Assembly (NCBI GenBank): GCA_964421595.1
Contig: CAYQXY010000001.1
Location: forward strand, 447-64,446
Direction: 5' to 3'
DNA: 64,000 bases
Source: an uncultured Bacteroidales bacterium
GTDB lineage: Bacteria; Bacteroidota; Bacteroidia; Bacteroidales; PUMT01
In this document: positions 1-8,600 of the stretch, piece after piece
Position numbering within the stretch: the stretch's first letter is position 1
Layout of the letters: each line of letters opens with the position of its first letter
Notes under the pieces: model-generated
The model's database searches: none
The model's input: only the letters and a program-made list of their open reading frames with translations
Told to the model about the DNA's origin: nothing
Made by a program: the position numbers and the translations under genes

Positions 1-1
1 A

Positions 2-499
2 CCTATATCAGGAAATTCAAATAATCCGGGAGAATTTAATTTTAGTCGTAATGTGCCGTTTTTAAATAATAACGCGGGAAACCGTGATAGCTTAAATGAT
101 TATGAAAATCCTGTATTAGAAAATTATTTTCAAGGAAAATTAGTCGTCATTGTGAATGAAGAAACCATAAGTCAAGCCGAATATACCGCTATGTTATTCA
201 GGGCTGGAGATAATACGGTTATAATTGGCAGCCAAACGCAGGGAGCTGACGGAAATGTCTCATTAATCCCGTTACCGGGCGGAATAAAAGCCGGGATTTC
301 AGGTATTGGTATTTATTATCCGGATGGGAGAGGTACTCAGCGTATTGGCATAGTTCCGGATATTGAAGTAAAACCTACTATTCAAGGGATTCGGGAAGGA
401 CGGGATGAACTCTTGGAAAAAGCGATTGAAATTATAAAAAATGAACGCACTTATAATAATACATTTTTAAAAATTTTTCAAAGAGTCGAAGTGCATTAA
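2..499 (+). CDS. S41 family (C-terminal processing/tricorn-like) peptidase, C-terminal part; 5'-partial
   Basis: Frame is open from base 2. It carries motifs typical of Bacteroidota S41 peptidases: NNPGEF, KLVVIVNEETISQAEYTAM (catalytic Ser region), GSQTQGADGNV, LPGG, and YYPDGRGTQRIGIVPDIEVKPT..GRDELLEKA. Confidence 0.85.
   Translation, partial: PISGNSNNPGEFNFSRNVPFLNNNAGNRDSLNDYENPVLENYFQGKLVVIVNEETISQAEYTAMLFRAGDNTVIIGSQTQGADGNVSLIPLPGGIKAGISGIGIYYPDGRGTQRIGIVPDIEVKPTIQGIREGRDELLEKAIEIIKNERTYNNTFLKIFQRVEVH
13..79. repeat. 67-bp inverted repeat, left copy (partner at 2858-2924)
   Basis: 13-79 equals the reverse complement of 2858-2924 except at 18/2919 and 60/2877, by direct base comparison. 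Confidence 0.95.
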
Positions 500-537
500 A
501 ACTCGCAAAAAAATTATAACATAAACCGGATAAATCT

Positions 538-681
538 ATGGAAAACAGAATATTTATACCGGGTAGCGAATGGGCGTATTTCAAGTTGTATACCGGCACA
601 AAAACGGCTGATATAATTCTGAAAAACGAAATGATTGGCTATGTCAGAGAAATGCTGAAAACCCAAAGAAAATGCAGGTAA
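538..681 (+). pseudogene. Truncated lanthipeptide/thiopeptide dehydratase elimination-domain protein (Lant_dehydr_C-like), N-terminal 47-aa stump
   Basis: Not in the ORF track. Translates as MENRIFIPGSEWAYFKLYTGTKTADIILKNEMIGYVREMLKTQRKCR*. FIPGSEWxYxKxYTGxxTADxIL is the typical start of this domain, which normally runs ~270-300 aa. Confidence 0.75.
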
Positions 682-716
682 AAAGGAAGACTCTCAAATT
701 AAGAACGTTTTTCTCT

Positions 717-733
717 GTCACCGCACCGGTGAC
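717..733. terminator. GC-rich hairpin just past the abiEii stop
   Basis: gtcaccg-cac-cggtgac; no clear U-tract on the minus strand. Confidence 0.3.
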
Positions 734-735
734 TT

Positions 736-1680
736 TCATCTTATTCTGTTTGTTAGCTCGATAAAGCTTTTAGCAACGCTTTCTTCGTCAGGAATTGCTC
801 TGTAGGCTAAAGCTGATAGTTCAGTTTTATATTTCATTTTTATTTTTTCCCAAATAATTGAAAAATCGTTGAGTAAAGGAGATTCTACAACCGAATGGGT
901 TTGCCAGCCTATAGGTTTTTCAAACATATCCCTGTCGTGTTGCAAAATGGTGTCAAATTGCTTCTTAAACGAATCAGATGCTACAAATTTCGCACATTCA
1001 GGATTGTTAACTAAGAAGTGTAAATCATAAAAATGCCGGATTTTATTGGATATACTTTCAACAGCATTTTCCTCGAATGAGGTCCGAATTAGCGATATTG
1101 TTTTCTCCAGTAAAGTTTGTTCTTTGCTCAAAACATTCACAGCAAATGATTGAAGGTCATATTTCTCAATATATTCTTCATTTGCTGATTGCATTAAAAA
1201 GTCAAATATAAAACTCTTTATGGTAAGCCTAAGAAAGGGAAAAGGATTGGCAAATGAATTTATCTCAACAATCAGCTTGTTGTTTTGATTACTTTTATCA
1301 GTACTCACATATTCAAAAACAGATTTTCTGAATCTTGAACCTTTGCTGGTAACACCATACATTTGCAACTCTGTTAAATCGGGTGTAATTTCCTTTTCAA
1401 TTGTGCGGATGATGGTTTTAATTTCATTTCCTGTTTTACCCTTGTCGTTTATAATGGCAATATCAACGTCTTCTGAAAATCGTTCTATCAAGTTGAAACC
1501 TTTTGACAACGAAGTTCCTCCCTTAAAAACCGATTCATCAAAATATTTGCTTTTTGCCAAACGACTTAACACCAATGTTATCCAGTAATCCTTCTCCACA
1601 AATTCCAGCTTAATATCCAAATGCTGTGAAGTGGCTCTGAGGGTATCTGAAAATAGTTCTATGTTGTGATGTAGCTTCAT
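736..1680 (-). CDS. AbiEii/AbiGii-family nucleotidyltransferase toxin (type IV TA / abortive infection)
   Basis: Motifs FVEKDYW, VFKGGTSLSKG..IERFSEDVDI and KIRHFYDL. Start set at MKLHH (1680), which gives an ATGA overlap with the upstream antitoxin stop. Confidence 0.9.
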   Translation of the reverse strand: MKLHHNIELFSDTLRATSQHLDIKLEFVEKDYWITLVLSRLAKSKYFDESVFKGGTSLSKGFNLIERFSEDVDIAIINDKGKTGNEIKTIIRTIEKEITPDLTELQMYGVTSKGSRFRKSVFEYVSTDKSNQNNKLIVEINSFANPFPFLRLTIKSFIFDFLMQSANEEYIEKYDLQSFAVNVLSKEQTLLEKTISLIRTSFEENAVESISNKIRHFYDLHFLVNNPECAKFVASDSFKKQFDTILQHDRDMFEKPIGWQTHSVVESPLLNDFSIIWEKIKMKYKTELSALAYRAIPDEESVAKSFIELTNRIR

Positions 1681-2402
1681 ACAATATTCCATTTTTCAGT
1701 GGTGGATAATGCTTTTGCTGCACCAGCCAGTTTATACCTAGTTATTGGGTTCAATGATTTGAATAGAGGTTCCGTTGCTTTGCCTTGTTCCAATTGGTCT
1801 AGCAATGCGCCTAATAATGCTCTTGTAGCAGGTGGGTATTTTAACGCCAAGCGAACCAAAGATTCGATTTCTATCTGGTTAAGATTCTTTATGATGGCTA
1901 AAAACCGCTTGCAGGCAAATTCTACGCTTGCATCAGGTATTTTTTTGATATACCGGATAGCATCCAGTATTTGTAACAAGGGGATATTCTTTTTTGTAAG
2001 GGTATTTTTTTGCTTTACAAATGCAATGGTATAACGTTCTCTCTTAAAATTGGGGCGAGTTTGATTTTTGCCAATTTGTATGATATTACTCACTTGGGTA
2101 GTTAAACCCAATTTATTGTAAATGCTGTATCCTGAGAGGTAGCCAATAATTTTCCCATTCTCTTCAAGTAAATCTTTTACTACCTGTTTTTGGTCGGGTA
2201 GCAAATTGCCAAAAGGGGTGCTTTCGGGTTTGTAGTACTTGCCTTTCGACAGTTTAGCAATTTTGCCCGATGCGACCATTCTGTTTAGAGCTTTTATTAT
2301 TGCTTCTTGTTTATTCACATCAGTAATAAATTCAGCATAGGTAAAAACATATCCTTTCGGAAGTCTTTCTATCTTACTACTAACATATTCAGCAACATTC
2401 AT
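1677..2402 (-). CDS. AbiEi-like antitoxin / transcriptional regulator (DUF6088-like)
   Basis: N-terminal wHTH-like segment (AIIKALNRMVASGKIAKLSKGKYYKP) and GYLSGYSIYNKLGLTTQV. Translationally coupled to the toxin. Start reassigned to MNVAEY because the promoter box lies at 2462-2469. Confidence 0.85.
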   Translation of the reverse strand: MNVAEYVSSKIERLPKGYVFTYAEFITDVNKQEAIIKALNRMVASGKIAKLSKGKYYKPESTPFGNLLPDQKQVVKDLLEENGKIIGYLSGYSIYNKLGLTTQVSNIIQIGKNQTRPNFKRERYTIAFVKQKNTLTKKNIPLLQILDAIRYIKKIPDASVEFACKRFLAIIKNLNQIEIESLVRLALKYPPATRALLGALLDQLEQGKATEPLFKSLNPITRYKLAGAAKALSTTEKWNIV

Positions 2403-2433
2403 ATTATTAGTGCTATCATTATCATCAGGTATA

Positions 2434-2469
2434 TGTCCAGTTATTTTACTAATATACTGGACAAATATA
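2434..2469 (-). promoter_or_regulatory. TA promoter: Bacteroidota -7 box overlapping an inverted-repeat operator
   Basis: TATATTTG (TAnnTTTG) on the minus strand at 2469-2462. The inverted repeat tgtccagt (2434-2441)-N14-actggaca (2456-2463) overlaps it. Confidence 0.65.
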
Positions 2470-2585
2470 ATAATTTTATCATTACATTGCACCTTATCAC
2501 CGCCATTACTTTTCAAGTGTTAGCTTTATAATAGATCCTCGTTCCTGCGCTGACTGTTTGCGTCTTTTCCAGCCGCTGCTTTTAA

Positions 2586-2741
2586 CTCCAAAACTTGCCG
2601 CCTGACATTTGGAGGAGCTGCGAAAAAAACAAATGTTTTTTCCGCAGTTTCATGGTTCTATTTAACTATATTTTATATCAGTGTAAGTAAATGTCTTTCT
2701 GAAAAGGATTAAAAGATGAAACGTGTTTTAATCCTTTTCAG
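2586..2741. repeat. Cluster of short inverted repeats upstream of and over the recombinase start (res-site-like)
   Basis: ctccaaa/tttggag (2586-2614); ctgcgaaaaaaac/gttttttccgcag (2618-2647, 1 mismatch); perfect 16-bp ctgaaaaggattaaaa-N11-ttttaatccttttcag (2699-2741). Confidence 0.7.
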
Positions 2742-2895
2742 GGTTTCTACCTGGCAGCAGGAAACCCAAAACCAGTTATTACAGCTGCGTCAATACTGTG
2801 AAGATAAGAACTATGCTGTTGCAAAAGAAGTCAGCGAAAACATATCCGGGGGAAGTGTCCCGCGTTATTATTTAAATACGGCACATTACGACTAA
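2716..2895 (+). pseudogene. Truncated serine recombinase (resolvase/invertase), N-terminal catalytic-domain stump
   Basis: Not in the ORF track. Translates as MKRVLILFRVSTWQQETQNQLLQLRQYCEDKNYAVAKEVSENISGGS-VPRYYLNTAHYD*. It shows the RVST catalytic motif, Q..Q..L and E..SG; similarity stops where the inverted repeat begins (~2858). Confidence 0.8.
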
Positions 2896-2924
2896 AATTA
2901 AATTCTCCCGGATTATTTAAATTT
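2858..2924. repeat. 67-bp inverted repeat, right copy (partner at 13-79)
   Basis: Reverse complement of 13-79 with 2 mismatches. On the minus strand it reads NLNNPGEFNFSRNVPYLNNNAG, i.e. an inverted piece of the S41 gene. Confidence 0.95.
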
Positions 2925-3029
2925 ACAAAAAAAATACTATGCCATGCAGATTCATAAATTTCCCCTGTAAAATGTAAAATTAACCCATATGTAAAAACCA
3001 ATAATCACCGTATTGGTCCGAAGTCAAGC

Positions 3030-4493
3030 TCATGTATCCGGGTTTCCTCCCGGGGAAGTAAGCCGGCTAACAATAATGATCAGTAATAAAGCGCCGGTAA
3101 AAGCAGGTATAAGCTCATAAATACCTGTGGGTTCAAGTAACCATAGGCGCCATATAATGCTGATAAGGGTTCCTGCAATCATACCTGATAAAATACCGGC
3201 CCTTGTGGTCTTTTTCCAGAAAAGGGCCATTATCAGGGCCGGTCCGAAAGCAGCCCCAAGTCCACCCCATGCAAACAGCACCAGCCAGAAAACCAGGTCC
3301 TGGGCAAGGTACGCCATAAGCAATGCCAGGATACCCGAAAATACCACAACTGCCCTGCTCAGGTAGAGCTTCTGCTGCTCATCAATAACCTTGTTCCTTG
3401 CAATTACTTTTTCATAGAGATCCCGCACAAAGGTTGAAGCCACAACCAGCAATTGAGAGTCGGCCGTAGATAGTATGGCAGCAAACACACCGCCGACAAG
3501 CAATCCATACAGTACCGGTCCGAAATAGTTTGAAGACAATACAAGATAAACCATCTCGGGATCACTGTCAGGCATACTGCCAATATCAGGTATTAAAATT
3601 TTCCCCACCAGTCCGATACAAATCGCACCAATCCCAAGTATAATATTCCAGAGGGTGCCATATATGGCCGAATACTTCAGTTTTGAAGGATCCTTTATGG
3701 ACATATAGCGTACAACAATATGAGGCTGGCCCGGTGATCCGAGACCAATACCAATAAACCCGGCAATCACACCGGCACCCAGCGAAAACGGGTCAACCAG
3801 GGCAGGATTCAGCTGTCTCAGCATATCAAGCATTATACCAACTCCTCCTATATTGATGACCCCCACCACAGGGAGGACAACAAGCCCGACAAGCATTATA
3901 AGAGCCCTTACAACGTCGTTATAGGCAACCGCAACATAACCACCCAGCACCATATACACCATGATCAGCAGCCCTGAAATGGCCAGCGACAGGATAAAGG
4001 AAATATCGAGGGCGATTGAGAGTGACTTTGCGCCTGCATTAAACTGTGCCGCTACATAAGCAGTTATAAAAATTCCGATAATAATCACCCCCGTCATCCT
4101 GAGGATCCTGGATTTATCGTTGAACCTCGTTTCAAAATAATCGAGCAGAGTAATTGAATCCATCGTCTGGGTGTCTTTTCTGAGCTTTCTTCCAAGCCAT
4201 ATGAACTGCCAGGCCTCAACGGCAATATACCCCACAATGGCCCATACCGCCCCGGTACCCGTCATATAAGCCATACCGCTCAGGCCCAGTACCAGCCAGG
4301 ATGAACGGCCTGACGAAACTGCCGATAGTCCCACTACGAACGGGTTCATAGATCTGCCCCCGATAAAAAAATCGGACTGGTTCCTGGTCCTGATCATGGC
4401 AAAGAGCCCCACGGCAACAGGAGTCAAAAGAGTCAGAAGAAAAATAGTCATAGCAACAGGATTGCCAAGCTTGTCATAAATACTTTCAGCCAT
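3030..4493 (-). CDS. putP: Sodium:solute symporter, PutP-like (sodium/proline)
   Basis: About 13 TM segments; motifs DFFIGGR, LSAVSSGRSSWL, GxPGQPHIVVRYM, FAAILSTADSQLL and AWGGLGAAFGP. Confidence 0.8.
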   Translation of the reverse strand: MAESIYDKLGNPVAMTIFLLTLLTPVAVGLFAMIRTRNQSDFFIGGRSMNPFVVGLSAVSSGRSSWLVLGLSGMAYMTGTGAVWAIVGYIAVEAWQFIWLGRKLRKDTQTMDSITLLDYFETRFNDKSRILRMTGVIIIGIFITAYVAAQFNAGAKSLSIALDISFILSLAISGLLIMVYMVLGGYVAVAYNDVVRALIMLVGLVVLPVVGVINIGGVGIMLDMLRQLNPALVDPFSLGAGVIAGFIGIGLGSPGQPHIVVRYMSIKDPSKLKYSAIYGTLWNIILGIGAICIGLVGKILIPDIGSMPDSDPEMVYLVLSSNYFGPVLYGLLVGGVFAAILSTADSQLLVVASTFVRDLYEKVIARNKVIDEQQKLYLSRAVVVFSGILALLMAYLAQDLVFWLVLFAWGGLGAAFGPALIMALFWKKTTRAGILSGMIAGTLISIIWRLWLLEPTGIYELIPAFTGALLLIIIVSRLTSPGGNPDT

Positions 4494-4617
4494 GAGAATA
4501 TGATTTACAGATGTGCCTTATTTCGAATGGTTGAGAAAAGTATGAATTCTTAGTTTAAAATACAATCAACTCCTGGAAAATATTATTGGATGGGGTTTTG
4601 ATCTTGTTTTTAAACAA

Positions 4618-4632
4618 TGACAATAATTGTCA
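4618..4632. promoter_or_regulatory. Perfect 7-1-7 palindrome in a divergent promoter region (candidate operator)
   Basis: TGACAAT-A-ATTGTCA between the divergent putP and ABC genes. Confidence 0.35.
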
Positions 4633-4765
4633 AACTTAAAAATCCTTAAAAGTTTACATTTCAAATAATTGTTTAACTATTTTGCATATTTATAAGTATT
4701 TTCACTGCAATATATCCTTAACAATACCGGTTGGATAATATATCAACCGAAAAAATAATCTTTGA

Positions 4766-5479
4766 ATGCTTCTTGAAGTACGTGATGTTTCAAAATCTTA
4801 TAAAAGCCGGTACGGAAGGACTATCCGTGATGTATTGAAGAATGCCGGACTTTCTGTTTTGAGTGGCGAAAAAATAGCAATCGCAGGTCCGTCGGGGTCG
4901 GGGAAAACAACCCTGCTGAATCTCGCCGGAACGCTTGATTCACCTGATAGTGGAGAAATATTCTTCAAAGGCCAGCCTCTTTCAGGCATGGACACCCTTC
5001 AGCTGGCTGCCTTCAGGAACAAGGAAATTGGTTTTATATTCCAGTTCCACCACCTTCTTCCGCAACTCACCCTGTGGGAAAATATCCTCATCCCTGCTCT
5101 TCCTGGCAATAACGGTAAAGTAGTTTACAATCGTGCAGAGGAACTTTTGAAGGAAACCGGGTTATGGGAGATACGCCATCAGAAACCGGGTGAAATGTCA
5201 GGTGGTGAATGTCAGAGAGCAGCCGTAGTCAGAGCACTTATAAACGGCCCCTCACTAATCCTGGCCGATGAGCCAACGGGATCGCTGGACAGTGAAAATG
5301 CTGCCATGCTGACAAGTTTATTGATTAAGCTCAGTGATAAGGAAAACTTCAGCATGGTCGTGGTTACCCACTCCACTGAGATTGCAGGCAGAATGGATAA
5401 AACCTATCATTTAAAAGACGGTAAACTGGAACCTGGTCAATTAAACACCCACTTAACCGGGAACACGAAAAGTGTTTGA
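4766..5479 (+). CDS. ABC transporter ATP-binding protein, LolD/MacB type
   Basis: Walker A GPSGSGKT, IGFIFQFHHLL, MSGGECQR, ILADEPTGSLD and VVVTH. Confidence 0.93.
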   Translation: MLLEVRDVSKSYKSRYGRTIRDVLKNAGLSVLSGEKIAIAGPSGSGKTTLLNLAGTLDSPDSGEIFFKGQPLSGMDTLQLAAFRNKEIGFIFQFHHLLPQLTLWENILIPALPGNNGKVVYNRAEELLKETGLWEIRHQKPGEMSGGECQRAAVVRALINGPSLILADEPTGSLDSENAAMLTSLLIKLSDKENFSMVVVTHSTEIAGRMDKTYHLKDGKLEPGQLNTHLTGNTKSV

Positions 5480-5650
5480 TAATGCAATGGTGAAAATTAA
5501 AACCAGGTTAATAATTATAAATTATCCGGGTGAAAATACCCGGACACAATAGAAGTAACGGGTTTTGAATGGGTGATCCATTCATGATGACCGGTTGACA
5601 GAAAACGACATTGTACTTATATTCAGTATGATTGCAAACACCTTATTCGA

Positions 5651-8600
5651 ATGAACCTTTCAAAGCTGATAATAAGATCCTTTTTTCATTATTTACGGGC
5701 TAACCTGACGGCTGCCGGGGGACTGGCAGTTGCAATAGCGGTTATTACGGGAGCTTTAATTATTGGCGATTCTCTGAGTCATTCTTTGGAAAAGGCAGTC
5801 AATATGAGACTTGGAAACATAACTCATACTATAACTGCCGGCGACAGGCTGTTTACGATGGAGCTGGGAGAAAGGTTTTCAAAGAAAACTGAAAATCCTG
5901 TATCACGGGCCCTTATTGCCGAAGGGATGGCAGTCGCCGAAGGGGGACAGGAAAGATTAAACAGGGTTCACATTACCGGGGTGGATGAGTTTTTCAGCTC
6001 TGTACTTGGAGCAGGATCATACTATGATTCAATCGGGCCCGGAGAGGTTATCATAAGCAAAAATATGGCTGACAGGCTCAACCTCGTGCCAGGTGATTTT
6101 TTTCAACTCAGGATGAAAAGAGCTGGTGTGATCCCGGCAAATACGCCCCTGGTTTCAGATGCCGATCAGACAGTGTCAAGAAGGGTGATGGTTGCGGCTA
6201 TTGCTGAAGAGGAAAATTATGGCAGGTTCAACCTTCTCTCGTCTCAAACTGCGCCTTACAATGTTTTTACAGATATCAGTTGGCTCAACCAGGTCATGGG
6301 AATCAGCGAAATGGCCAACATAATTATTGTTTCGGGCAATGAAGATGATAGCAGGCTGCTGTCCGGACATCTCAGTGCTGTCTGGAGCCTGGAGGATGCA
6401 AACCTTTTACTGGATCTTCTGCCGTATCAGGGCCGCCTGGAGATAAGCTCAGAAAGGGTATTCATCGAAAACAATATATCAGACCCTCTCGGCAGACTTT
6501 TCCCCGGCAGCATCCGGTTTCTCTCCTATTTTGTCAATTCAATTGAAAAAGATGATAAAAGTACCCCATATTCATTTATAGCGGCAGACAGCCGTAAAGA
6601 TTTGAAACCGGGTGAAACAATTATTAACAGTTGGCTTGCCGATGACCTGTCCGCCTCTGTCGGCGACAGCATCCTTATACGTTACTGGGAAACTGGTCCG
6701 CGACGGGAACTGACTGAAAAAGAGGCAAGGATGGTAATAACCGGTATTGAAGAAATGTCAGAATCGGCTGGTGACTCAATATTGATTCCACACCTGCCGG
6801 GGTTATCCGATGCTGATAATTGCAGGGACTGGGACGCGGGTGTTCCGGTAGAGTTCTCGAGGATAAGGGATAAGGACGAGGATTACTGGACAGACTATAA
6901 GGGTACACCAAAGGCTTATATATCGGCCGACTGGGGACAGCGATTATGGTCAAACCGTTTTGGAGATCTTACTGCCGTATGGCTTCCCAGGGATATACAG
7001 GACCAGGAGGAGGTACGTGAAAAGGTCAGATCTGCAGTAAACCCGCTCAGTCTCGGATTCCAGGTAAATGAGGTCCGGGAACAGGGAATCAATTCTGCGG
7101 CGGCAGGAGTTGATTTTGGGATGCTTTTCGGGGGACTGGGTTTTTTCGTAATGCTGGCCGGAGTGATGCTTTTCTTTCTTCTTTTGCTCTATAATATTGA
7201 AAAACGAAGGGATCAGATCAGGCTCTTCTCATCACTGGGTTACCCGTTAAAACTTATCAGGAAAATATATCTCGGCGAGGGAATGGTGGTGGCTGTTGCG
7301 GGAAGTATTGGCGGATTGCTCCTGGCAATTCTCTATGGAAGGGCTGTATACTGGGCTCTGACACGGGTATGGCAGGACATTGTACGTACCGACATGCTAG
7401 AGATGGTCATCAGGCCTTCCTCACTGTTTTACGGTTTTATAGCCGGTATCTTTATCGCTTTACTGGTAACGGTATTCAGCCTGAACAGGCATATACTCAA
7501 GAAGAGCCCGGGGAAAGGTATTCATGAACCGCAGAAAAATAATGGAAGTAAAATCAGGTATCGTTTCATTGTTGCATCCATTCTCGCACTTTCAGGGGCT
7601 ATTATACTTCTCAGGCAGATAATTTCAGGGACAGGTATCGACCCTGTCAGCTTTTTTGCAGCAGGCGGACTCCTGTTGCCTGCATTCCTTATTGCTGCCG
7701 ACATATTCCTGCTAATGCTGGAAGAGAAAAAATACAACAGGGTAAGCATGGAAACTCTTTCCATGAAGAATCTTGCAAGGAACCGCACAAGGAGCCTTTC
7801 GGTAATTATCCTGCTGGCTCTGGGTATATTCGTGGTAATTGCCACAGGCTCGAACAGGAAGGATGCAGCCAGCGGAGAAACACATCCGGAGGGTGGTACA
7901 GGGGGATATTTGTTTGTTGCTGAAGCTACCGTCCCGGTTCTTCATAATCTCAACAGCAATGAAACAAAACTTAATCTGAACATTCCGGAAGATATCAGTT
8001 TTATCCAGATGAGTGCAAGCTATGCCGACGATGCCAGCTGCCTCAACCTTAACCAGGTTGCGAATCCCCGTATTCTTTCAGTCGATCCCTCAATGCTGGA
8101 GGGCAGGTTCAGCTTTTCCGGAACAACTCAGTGGCTGGATGTCAGTAATCCCTGGCAGAGCCTCAATATGGAAATACCGGCAACAAAAACAACCGGAAAT
8201 GATGAAAAAAACTCCACTGTTATTCCAGCCATTGCCGATCAGGCTGTTATACAATGGGGACTGGGTAAAAAGCCGGGAGATACACTTATTTATACAGATG
8301 AAAAAGGAAATGAACTGATGTTATTGCTTGTAGGTGGCCTTGCAAATTCTGTGTTCCAGGGGAACATAATAATTTCTGAGAAGCATTTCCTCAGGCATTT
8401 TCCCACTGTAAGCGGCAGCAGCTTTTTCCTAATGGATGCCGATTTTGAACAACAGCAGGAAATAAGAGAAGAACTGGATTTTATTTTCCGTGACCATGGA
8501 TGGGAAATGACCACTGCGGTCGACCGGCTGAATGAATTCAATTCGGTTGAAAATACTTATCTGGCGATATTCCTGATGCTGGGAGCACTTGGAATTTTAC

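Noticed and set aside
41-68. dif/Xer-like look of tttagtcgtaa-tgtgcc-gtttttaaat inside the repeat
   Set aside because: The XerD arm does not match TTATGTTAAAT in sequence or spacing, and the stretch is explained as S41 coding sequence.
682-735. Integron attC-type cassette boundary around the TA module
   Set aside because: No convincing paired R''/R' boxes, no repeated sites and no integron integrase.
2403-2516. N-terminal extensions in the ORF track (also 8989, 27987, 31571, 47103, 47289, 52153)
   Set aside because: They are longest-ORF artefacts; family N-termini and promoter boxes point to later starts.
13-2924. The 67-bp repeat pair as DGR template/variable repeats or CRISPR repeats
   Set aside because: There are only two copies, they are inverted, the two mismatches are not both adenine-specific on either strand, and no reverse transcriptase or cas genes are present.
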